From the NCBI GenBank assembly GCA_013265495.1, contig MU058451.1:1836167-1900166 (forward strand): a DNA stretch of 64,000 nucleotides, written 5' to 3'. The position numbers were made by a program, and so were the translations under genes. The notes under the pieces are model-generated. The model was not told where the DNA came from. It did no database searches and worked only from the letters and a program-made list of their open reading frames with translations. Positions 11,280 to 21,486 of this stretch are shown in pieces; position 1 is the stretch's first letter; every line of letters begins with the position of its first letter. Source of the DNA: Vicugna vicugna. Lineage: Eukaryota.

Positions 11280-13738
11280 TAAAAATCAAATAAGGTAAAA
11301 ACCATTAATAAAGTTCACATTTATATAATGTATACCTATAAAGCATTCTCCTAAGAATGCTAATCATGTCAAGTTTCCATTTGAACTATTTGCATAATCA
11401 TTACATAACAGCAGTAAAACCAGAAGAGAAAAAATTCAAAATTATATTAGGAGAAACTAAAAAATCTTGCTGTGTTTCTGGATGATTTTAATGGACTTGT
11501 TAACAATAAAAATGCTGTAAAAAATGCTGTAATTTTACTACTTATGAATAGAATTACATAGATGTTACTAACCTACCAGATTTACATTTCAGTCATCTAC
11601 AATTATAAAACATTATCCTAGGAATTAAATTCTATCATGCTTTCATTTGAGCCATAATCACTTAATGGCGATACAACCAGTAGCAGAAACATTGAATTAT
11701 TTTAGTCTCAGGGGAAAAAAAGCATCTTGCTGAGGTTCTGGACCTTCAGAAGGAGGCTTATTAAGGTGGGATCGACTTGCAAGGGTGACTCACTTGTGTT
11801 CTCCACTTGTGTGAAGGGAAAACCAAATCCAGAGTTCGGTGCAGACTTTTCTTGATGCTTGTAGCGATGTTTCAGGCCAGGGAAGTCCCTCACTGGAGAG
11901 AGAATTCCTAGATAATTCCAGGGAAAATTTGTCCCCGCTTTTAAGAATGGAGGAAGAAATAGGAATTCTTTTCTGAGGAATCTCCTCCTGGGAGCCCTCC
12001 GGAACATCTGACCACTGATGGGATCATGAGATGGAGGACCAGCGCTCTGGCCTCTGGCTGCCGTCTAGGTGGGAAGGTTCACTCAAAAGAAGGTCCCAAG
12101 TGCCAGCACAGGGAGCCCCAGGAGAAGTGCTGGTGCGCCCTCACTGAGGACCTGCTGCATCAGGATGGAGGTGGCCTCGTGGAGGGAGGGATTCTCCCCT
12201 CTACACTTTTGGCCCCCCCGGGACATCTGGTCCACACAGGGTGCTAGACTGAATCTCTGCACCATCACAGGCTCATTGTTTCTGGTGATTTCATCATCCA
12301 GAGGATTCCTTGGTAATCGAGGATTCCTTGGTGATCCCTGCAAGCTTCTGCAAAATGCCCCATTTCTAGCATCAAGAACATACATATACTTTTCAAAATG
12401 CTTAAATTCTTCTGCAGTAAGTTTTTTATCTGATGTATGCCTTTTCTCTTCTTAAGTCATTGAGATTTCTGTCAACCAGCAGGACACTTGAACTGTTGCC
12501 ATAAACTTTTCTTTCGTGAGAAATAAACTGGCTTTGATAAGAGTCAGTGATTCATTTGAATTTTTCTAAACACGTTCTGGCTTGTACTTTATAGATGCCC
12601 ACCTCTTCACGTGCATAGATGATCTTGTATCAGCTTTGGAAAAATTCACCTCTATTTTTATGAGTTAAGTTAGTTCTAAATTGAATATTTGGTGAAAATC
12701 CGTTCCATTTTTTTTTAAATGCAGTTCAGAAAGGGTCTAAAGTTTCTACAGGACTTTTTGCATTTCGCTTTCTGTGTTTTTTCTAACCACAGGAGTGCCT
12801 TCTCTGTATGGAGACTTCTAATGTGATCTTTAGGTTCATTGGTTTATTTTATTTCCTCCAGTTAATTTGGGGTACATTTGATTTATTTTTTCTTTTATCA
12901 CTATGTATTTGATTTCAATTAGTTTTCTCAAAACTACTTTTGATCCTTGTTCTAAGAGGCCTCCATTTTCCAATTGTTTTGTTTGATCCAATTTCAAGTT
13001 CCCACTATTCGTGTTGCTTCGTCGAGAACACCCCAATCTCTCTTCTTTAGCAAGAAGTCATCCAGAGCCTTCATTTAACTTTCTGGTTATTTAAACCTGT
13101 CCCGTGGGCACTTTAGCATTTTCTACTATTTTATTCTGTTCAACTAGTCTGTTCACTCTTTCTTTTCATCCATCAATCTCTTATGAAAAGCAGCTTATAC
13201 TTCCTTAAAGGAGTAGAATTTCCATCCAAAGCGTCTTTTAATGCTGTATAAAGTTCTTCATTTTTCTGTTGTGCTTTGAAGGCTGTAGTGGCAGCTACTT
13301 GGAATTGGATATGTGTTGATGCACCTTCTAAAGACTGAGTCTTTCTCATCATGTCAGACATCAGTTAAACTTTTCTAATTGTTTAGATTCCTCTTCTTGA
13401 AGACCTTTTCTTAAAGTCTCTATTGCAAACCCAAGTAAAGAGCTAGACCCTTCCAGCCCTTCCCTTTCTTTTTCAATGAGGCTAAGCTTCTCAAGAATTT
13501 GATGTCCTTCTTCCTGACTTTGTTTTACATAGAGTAGACTTTTCATGATAAAAGAGCCTCCCCTTCCACAGCCATCCATGGGGCTCTGGGCCTGGTCTCC
13601 GGGCCCTGGCAGCCCTGCACCGCCTGGCACAGCCTCTCCAGGGCCCTGACAGTGCAGAGCATCGTGATCATCTGTGCATCCTCCAGGGCCCCCCGGGCTA
13701 CCACTGACTTGCCTTAGCTCCATGGCTCTGGTGGCCAT
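11280..13738 (-). pseudogene. MIA2: Intronless, frameshifted cTAGE5 (MIA2/CTAGE5/MEA6)-derived retrocopy with 3' UTR
   Basis: Manual minus-strand translation gives collinear matches to the recalled cTAGE5 protein: KSLLYV (RSRLYV), ILEKLSLIEKE (LLEKFSLVQKE), QSLEGAS...KDALDGNS (QSLEDES...KDALNENS), GNLKLD...ENGGLL...LRKLI (DNLELE...ENGAYL...LKKLI), SYQSQFISHERK (SYQGQIISHEKK), RNLNDLRREKA (RNLNDLRKENA), YVLDARNGAFCR (YALDVPNTAFGR), NPLDDEIT (NPLDHQIT), PEPQQD (PEPQQET). No introns; many stops and frameshifts; 3' UTR similarity ttaagtgatta..gctcaaatgaaagc..aattcctaggata continues below 11700. Confidence 0.93.
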
Positions 13739-14575
13739 AGCAGACCACAGAGAACACTAGAGAGCATTCCTCCAAGAACCAACCCAGTGTGGAGCAACCA
13801 GCACAGACCTCAGTGGAGGAGGGGGAGAGAAGACAGACAGTTCCTCCGAACCTCCTCACTTTACAAAATATGTAGATAGTGATACTGCTGCATGGCATTG
13901 GGCAGCATGAACCGAGGCTGCTGGAGGATGTGGACGATGACCCAGGGCTCCAGGCCCCCCAGGCCCTACCTGATTGCTCCTAAGGGAAGCAGTGTCACAC
14001 TGTAACCCATTCAGTGTCACCGGTTGGGCCACCTTGCTATGGAGGGTTTGCAGGCCCTCGACTCCAAGGCTCCTCATTTTCTTGAATACACACTTTATTC
14101 TGTGACTCTGGAGACCTCATCCTGCCCACATGAGTCACAGGAAACTGCCCATGGCCCCTCCTGCATCTGCGTCTGGCCTGCTTTGCGCAGCACAGGGAGG
14201 GGTGCAGGAGGGTTCCTGGAGGGTTTCGGCTTTCTTCCTGAAGTACACCTTTAAAAACTAAGAAAAAAGTAAGTAGGGTGGTCATAGTTCACACAGATCA
14301 AGAATGTGCAGCCCAGCTGTGAGCAAGGAAAGCATGCTTTCAGACTTTTCCTCCCTCGGGTGAAATGTTTGATGGCGAGGAGGTTCTTCGGGGCACTGAG
14401 ATTCAGAAAGATGATCTCTGAGGGTGTTAGAGCTCTCCCTGAAGTGGCAGGAGTGCTGGGCCGCCGAGTGCCTCCCCCATGTGGAGACCGTCCCTGGGCG
14501 TGGGAGAGTCGCCGACATCCGTGGGACACGGCTCCCACCCAGGTGGGGTGCTGCTTGCTGCTCGCGGGTTAGCTC
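13739..14575 (-). other. GC/CpG-enriched 5' extension of the retrocopy (possible promoter and 5'-UTR exon)
   Basis: Composition shifts sharply relative to the flanks; CpG cluster at 14460-14570; minus-strand acceptor (ccctacttacttttttcttAG, AG at 14259-14258) and donor (cag|GTaggg at 13970/13969). Confidence 0.4.
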
Positions 14576-14700
14576 ATAACAGTGTTATGGGGTAGATATT
14601 TCTGTTTCCAGCTCCTGCAGATGGATTCACAAAGGCTTTTAGAGGCTCTGTAACCTGCCTAAGGTTTGTACAACTAGAAGACGCTTGATTCCAATCCAGT
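14576..14700 (-). mobile_element. MIR fragment abutting the 5' extension
   Basis: ataacagtgttatggggtagatatttctg...cagatgga...gtaacctgcctaaggtttgtacaactag. Confidence 0.55.
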
Positions 14701-16109
14701 TTTTAATAATACAGGACATGGCAGAATGAAAGTGAGGAAGTATTCCGAATGACGGTGAGTAGGATGCTTTGCTTTAACATGGGATAGATATTGAATATAC
14801 AATCAGAGAACAATGGGAAGGTACTTCAGGGTCATCATTGGTGGAAAATCTTGGGAAGCAGAGTGAAAAAAAAAAGCAAACAGCTAGTCAATATTTCAGG
14901 CCAAGGTTTTGCAAACAGTGCCAGGGAGACCTAATGTTTGCAAATGTGTGTGTGGGATATTGGGGAGTGGACAGGGGAGGGTAGGTATGAGAACCAGTCA
15001 GTTGATTTCTAGGCTGCTACCCCACCCTCTTAAAGCAGAGCATTTCTGTTTTTATCTGTATTATATTTTAGTATGGCGCTTATTTTTAAGAAAGAGTTCT
15101 ATTGCTTAAACATAAAAATTTAACCACTGTTTTGAACAATGAAAAGTCACTGGAAGTATTTGAGAGGGAGTAACATGATATGGGATGAACGACAGTCACA
15201 TTAAGATATGCATAAAAGGGGGGTTGTCGAGAAAGATGAAAATTAGGGCAACCAGAAAGGATGATTTTTACACTGATAGAATAATAGCTTTCCTATTTCT
15301 GCATTTTTATTGTTTCTTTATAAACAAAGACCTTAAAGATCCTAAAGTATTATTTCCAGGAAGCAAGTACAGTTTCTTCTTTTAGCAATGCAACATCGTC
15401 GCCTCCTTATGATTTTCTTTCCATAAATAAACGGGCCCCTTCCTTGGTGCTTCACCATGGGACCCTACTTTAAATGAAATTCTCTTTGAGTGCAAAAGTT
15501 GGGTCATTTTAGCTTTAGGATAAGATCCAGTTCTGTGATTGAGGTTACAGTTAAAAGGGGAATTCATTTTCACAGCAGGAATGATGTGACTCATCTGGGC
15601 TCTCAAAGCTGTAAGTTCCCAGGAGATAAGGATGAACATGCCGGACCCTCACTGTTCAGTGGCCGCCTGTTTCCCCGTGTCAGCTTTGCCTCCCAACTCT
15701 GTTCCTCTGCAGCTTCCTCACAGATGAAGTCTGCATGCGTGACTCTGTGCAGGGCCGGCGCGGGGATCAGGCCAATGTAAAGTGATGGTGTCTGAGGAAG
15801 AGCGTGCCTGCATTTTGGGCTCGGAGAGGACTTGAGGTCAAACAACCGTCCGTTTGTTTCTGTGCTTGAGGATAAAGTGCCATAAACACATCCGAGGTAG
15901 CATCGACAAACACCTGTCCCTTCTCCCAACCCAGAGTCCTAACCCTTTCCATCATCTCTGGTTTGATTAATGGCCTCATTGCCGAGGGTCAACCTGAAAT
16001 GCTGCTTGCATCACATAAAAACCTTTTCTAGCACAGAGCCTGCTTCTGCAGAATCAGTTATCTCAAAGGCTACACTACCTACCCTTTCTGACTTAGAACA
16101 TAGAAAGCA

Positions 16110-16915
16110 TTCGTCTCATTATAACGCTCGTTCATGTAACAAGTCCTTATTGCATACCTGCTGCGTGCCAGATGCTGTTCTCAGTACTGGGGATATAGCA
16201 ATAAGCAAAACAAAAAATCCTACCCACCTGGTACTCATTTTCAGTGGAGAGAAATAGATAAAATAAATAAATAAAAGTGTAGTCTGTTAGAAAATGACAA
16301 CTGTCATGGAAAAAATAATGCTGAGAAACAGTTTGGGGCTTGTTGGGGGATTGCCAAATTTAAGTAGGGTGATCGGGGAAGGCTGTGGATGCAAACCAAT
16401 GAACGTGGGCAGAGGACACAGCAAAGACGAAAGCCCAAGGCAGTGCCTTCAGGGTTCAGTGGGCATCGCAGGGGCCAGGGAGGCTGAAGTGCCAAGAGCA
16501 GAGGAAAAGGGCAAATGTGGAAGCAGTGGGGGAGGACACGGGAACAGATCTGGAGGAACCTTGTAGGACTGACATTCACTCCACCTAAGCTGGGACACTC
16601 ATGGAGGGTATTGACGGAGGGATGTGTTGCCGTGATGACTCACTTATGCATGTGCTCACTTGAGTTGCTGTGCTGAGAATAGGATGAAGGAGGATCAGAA
16701 GGATCAAGGAGATGCTGATGTGGTGGTTTGTGATCATCCAAACAAGAGGAGCCAGAGTAGTTGCAGGAGAGATGGTGAGATGCGGATAGATCCCAGTGTG
16801 CGGCTTGACTGACAGAAGACAAGGGTGTCTCCAGGCCTTTCGCTGCAGCACCTGGGAGGATGAAGTTGCCATTAACTGAGATGGGGAAACTGTAGGAGAG
16901 CAGGTTGGAGGAAAG
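16110..16915 (-). mobile_element. L2 LINE 3' region
   Basis: ttattgcatacctgctgcgtgccagatgctgttctcagtactggggatatagca...gaagttgccattaactgagatggggaaactg. Confidence 0.8.
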
Positions 16916-18289
16916 AACAGAGAAAACCTGCAAAATACCTGTTGCTTGTCCTTCCTATCACCATTAAAAAAGTTAAAGTAAATATATGAACCATATTTTT
17001 GAGAAACATATCAGTGAAATTTCCAAGTAGAGATTTTTTTAAATCAACATTATAAATAACATGATTAAGACAGATCATCAGATTATTTGGGAAGAATCTC
17101 TTACTTACTGTTACATCCTCAGAACCTAAGGTGCCCTGGCACAGAGTAAGTTAGTCCATGGATATTGACTGAAGTCGACCAGATTTACCACTGATTACCA
17201 TAAGTAAATTTGTGCTTAAATCATTCCTGGTTTATGGATATTTACAAATTGTAAGCCTGAGTTTGTCCTAGACAAAAACTTAGTTCTATCCAGATGATTA
17301 TGTTTTTTTCAACTGAAAAAGCAACCATAGCTCCAGTCAAAACAGACTAGTTGCCTCCCATCAGGCTAATCATTAAACACAGCAAAACTTTCCCTTCCTA
17401 ACCAGCTACCATACTGTGAAAATTAACTGGGTACTGCAGTGAATAAGGAGGGTGGAGTTGTGCGCCCTTGGAGAGAAGGGAAATGGCTCGCTGTGTCTGC
17501 ATGGAGAGTTTAACATCCCTTACCTTTTTTTGATTTGCCAGCATTCCCCTACCATGATTGCTAGCTCTTTTTTTTTTTTTAAAGTAAAATCAGAAAGATA
17601 TATTCCTTTTCAAGAGGATTTTTTTTTAATTGCCTATGGGCATCTTCAACTTTCTTTTCTCTACCAACAAAAATAACGACAACAATACATTTAAAACAAA
17701 GAAAAGCTATTGCGCAGATGTAGGCTTCATTTTCCCTCCAGTAACACACACCTAATACCATCCCCCCCACACTAGAAAATTACATTTTGGACCCCGTCTT
17801 CATACTTCTTTCTGCTGCTTAAAATAAGAAGGAAAGACTCTCCCATTTTATTCCATATGTCATCCACTTGGAGAAGAATGTGATTTTGCCCATTCTTTAA
17901 AGAAAATAACAATGGCCACCATCTGTAACACTTTGCACAGCACTTTTCAGTTCATTTTCATACCATTATCTTGATTTTATAGATGAAAAAAATCAAAAGC
18001 TTGTATTGATCTGAATGAAATGTCAGGGGAGCAATATTTTATGGTGTTATCTTTTATTTAGCTAGTTGCCTGAAATGTATACAGTTTTATTTTATTTTTT
18101 TGAGACTTTCAAATAAAAAGTGGAAGGACTTTTATATCAGTAATAATTTCTTTGTGTGTATATTTCTCCTGATCCTGCAAATTGTAATTACTTGAAATTT
18201 CTTCAATCCTTGCCTGTTTTGTCATTTATTTTGTTGTTTTTTGGTTTTTGTTTTCCTTTCTTTCTATGACTTGAAGTAGAATTAAAAAG

Positions 18290-18460
18290 AACATAGGGTT
18301 TGGAGCCAGATATTTGGATTCTGGTTCTTCCACATAATTGTGTTGGAGGGAAGGAGAAACTGAGATACTTTAAGGAAAGTTATCTGAATTCTCTAGTAAG
18401 TCTTGATTGGCTTCTTTAATGAGTCTTGATTTGCTCCTCTTAAAAATGGAAATATGCGAA
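18290..18460 (+). mobile_element. MIR fragment, truncated at the L1 boundary
   Basis: aagaacatagggtttggagccagatatttggattctggttcttcc...ctcctcttaaaaatgga. Confidence 0.5.
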
Positions 18461-18471
18461 CAATCTATGGG

Positions 18472-19435
18472 TAAAAGAAATCAAAAGAGGAAAAAAAAGG
18501 CAATACGCTAAGGCAAATAAAGTGGAAATGTAACATACCAAAATTTATGGGATGCAGCAAAAGCAGTTCTAAGAGGAAAGTTTATAGCAGTAAATGCCTA
18601 TCTCAAGAAACAAGAAAAGTCTTGAATGAACAACCTAACTTTACACCTCAAGGAACCAGAAAAAGAAGAACAAATGAAGCTCAAAGTTAGCACAGGCATG
18701 TATCATTCTGTTGCACCTCACTTTTTTGTGCCTCACAGATACTACATGTTTTACAGGCTGAAGGTTTGTGGCCCCTTGCATTGTCAGATGATAGATTATT
18801 CAGCAATAAATTATTTTTAAATTAAGATATGTACTCTTTTTTTTAGACATAATGCTATTATTGCACACTTAACAGACTAGAGGGGAGTGTAAACATAGCT
18901 TTTATATACTCTGGGAAACCAAAAACTTCATGTGATTCACTTTATTACAGTGCTCTGGAACTGAACCTACGATATCTCTGAGTTATGCTTTTACCTGTAA
19001 AAGGAAGGAAATAATAAAGAGCAGAGCAGAAATAAATGGAATCAAGATTAAAAAGGCAATAGAAAATATCAATGAAAGTAAAAGCTTTGAAAAAATAAAC
19101 AAAATTGACAAACCTTCAGCTAGGCTCACCAAGAAAAAAAGAGAGAAGATGCAAATAAAATCAAAAATGAAACTATTCTTACAGCTGATACCACAGAAAT
19201 GTAAAGGATCATGAGACTACTGTGAGCAATTATACGCCAGCAAGGACACCCTTGAAGAAATGGATATATTCCTAGAAGCATACAGCCTACCACAAGACTG
19301 AATTGTGATAAAATAGAAAATCCGAACAGACCAATTACTAGTAAGGAGATTCATTCAATAATCAAAACCTCCCAGGAAACAGAAGCCCAGGACCAGCTGG
19401 CTTCACTGGTGAGATTTACAAAATGCTCAAAGAAG
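18472..19435 (+). mobile_element. L1 ORF2 internal fragment (downstream of the endonuclease domain), disrupted
   Basis: aatttatgggatgcagcaaaagcagttctaagaggaaagtttatagca ([16 protein letters not shown]), NNLTLHLKE, agcccaggaccagctggcttcactggtgag (SPGPAGFTGE). Confidence 0.93.
18693..18997. mobile_element. Tigger1-derived MITE (Tigger1a-type) inserted in L1 ORF2
   Basis: cagg...cctg ends; TA on the right and CA on the left (mutated TA TSD); gaaggtttgtggc, tttagacataatgctatt, gggaaaccaaaaa; L1 reads continuously across it. Confidence 0.9.
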
Positions 19436-19619
19436 ACCATTTATTTGCCAAAGCCATTGGTGATGCAGAGTGGTAAAACTTATGAGCTCAATACATCATA
19501 AACATCAGTGGGTCTATATCACATGTTGTTCACTGTATGGAATTTAATGATGTCCCTTGTGGTGCTGGGCCTGATACACAGTGGGCTGCCCCTTCATCCC
19601 CTTCCTGACCTCTGAATGT

Positions 19620-21265
19620 TGCAGGCCCTCCAGAATCAGTGCTGAGCCCTCTCTCTTTAATCTGCATACATCCTCTCTGGGTGATCACATCCATTATTGT
19701 GGCTTTAAATATTTATCTATCTGCTTTTACCTCTCAAATTTACATCTCTGGTTCTCTCAACTTAGATGTCTCACAGGCATCACAAACTGAACCTATCTAA
19801 AGCTGAACTTTTGGCCCTTCCTTTATGCCACAGACTCTTCTTTCCTGAGTCTGAGTCTTCTCCATGTCAGTGACACCATCATAACCCAGTTATTTAAGAC
19901 AGAAACCTAGTAAATTATCTGTGGTTTGTCCTCTCCATTCCTCTTCAAATACAACCCATAGCCAAATACTTCTTCCTCCTTATCTAGTAAATATCTCACA
20001 TCTGCCATTTCTCTCTGTCTTCACCAACCTTTCCCTTCCCAGCCCAGTCTAAGTTCCCATCATCCTCCTTCTGGACAGCTGCTTGATTTGTCTCTCTCTT
20101 CTCTGACCCTACTCTCACCCTTTCTCCAAGAAGAAGCCGTGGAGATATTTGGAAAATGTAAATCAGATATTACCTCCTTACTTGAAACCCTTTATATGAT
20201 GTGTTGTTGCGCTTAAAACCTAAACTCCGTAACCTTTGTAACCTCTGCATCCGAGATTCCTCATGATCACGTCCTTGTCACTACCCTCTGCTCTCACTGA
20301 CTGTATGAGGGTCCCCAAGACCACTCTCAGGTTCAGTGATTTGCTGGGACTCACAGAACTCAGAAAACCTGTTATATTCATTGTTATGGTTTATTGTAGT
20401 AAAAGGATACAGGTTAAAATTAGCAAAGGAAAAAAGCATATAGATTAGAGTCTAGGAAAACCCAGTCATGAATTTCCAGTTGTTCTCTCCCAGCAGAGTT
20501 GTATGAATAGCACTTAATTCTCCTAGCATGCTCCATGTATGTGACAATACATGTGGACTGTTGTCAACCAGGGAAGCTCGAGTCAGCCTTGGTGTCTGGG
20601 GTTTTTCCTGAGGATCGGTTATCTAGACACGGAGCTCCCATGTGACAGACCTTAGTTACTCAACCTCCACTCTCTCCAGAGGCAGAACTGATACCACTGG
20701 CCCAAGGACCCCACCATAAATCACACTATTAGCATTAACTGTCTGGGGACCACAGCCACAAGGAAACAGACACTCTAATCAGGGAGGTAATTCCAAGGGC
20801 TTAGAGGTTAAAGACCAGGAGCAGGTCAAAGGCTAGACTTTTCTTTGTAGTGTGTGGGGTTTGGACAATCCAGGCTTGCTGAGTTAACCCCTGATTAGAC
20901 ACCGGTCATCTAGAAGTTCCTTGACCAGGCCAAGCCCTTTTCCTCCTTGGGCCTTTGCACTTGATATTTCCTCCTCATCCTTCAGATCTTACTTTAATGT
21001 CATATGTGCAGAGACGTCTTTCCTGACCACCATACCTAAGTAGGTCCATTCCTTTATTACACTCCATCACAGAACCGTCATCAAATCCTTTGTGACACTT
21101 ATCTCAAATGACAATTAGGTGTGTGTGTAATCATTCACTTGCTTCTTGTCTGTCTCCTCAACTAGATTTGAAGATCCATAAGGATGCAGACAGACGTATG
21201 TTTGTCTTGTGTGCAATACATTGTCTGAGATGTGATTGTTACTCAAAAGACATTTTCTGAATGAT
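19620..21265 (+). mobile_element. L2 LINE, split by MER77
   Basis: cttagatgtctcacaggcatcacaaactgaacctatctaaagctgaac, aaaatgtaaatcagatattacc, tgtctgtctcctcaactagatttgaagatccataagg. Confidence 0.75.
20302..20901 (-). mobile_element. MER77-like (MER21 group) solo LTR
   Basis: TG...CA ends; ggtccccaagaccactctcaggttcagtgatt, ggactcacagaactcagaaaa, tgctgagttaacccc. Confidence 0.85.
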
Positions 21266-21320
21266 GGGAACTGTTATTTTTATATGTATACTTGTCTCCT
21301 TGGTTTTCATTTGTAATTTT

Positions 21321-21486
21321 TTTCTTTTTTTAAAACCTTTTTTCTTTTTTCTTTTCTTTTTTTTTGAGGAGAGAGCTAATTAGGTTTATTCATTTATTTA
21401 TTTTTTTAGAGGAGGTCCTGGAGGTTGAACCCAGGACCTTGTGCATGCTAAGCATGAGCTCTACCACATGAGCTATAACCTCCTCC
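21321..21486 (-). mobile_element. Camelid tRNA-derived SINE (Vic-1-like)
   Basis: Minus strand ggaggaggttatagctcatgtggtagag (A box)...gggttcaacctcc (B box)...aataaacctaattagctc + A-rich tail; perfect 15-bp TSD ttcatttgtaatttt at 21306-21320 and 21487-21501. Confidence 0.85.

Noticed and set aside
12026..12455. Plus-strand ORFs over the retrocopy
   Set aside because: Antisense shadows of the GC-rich cTAGE5 proline-rich region.
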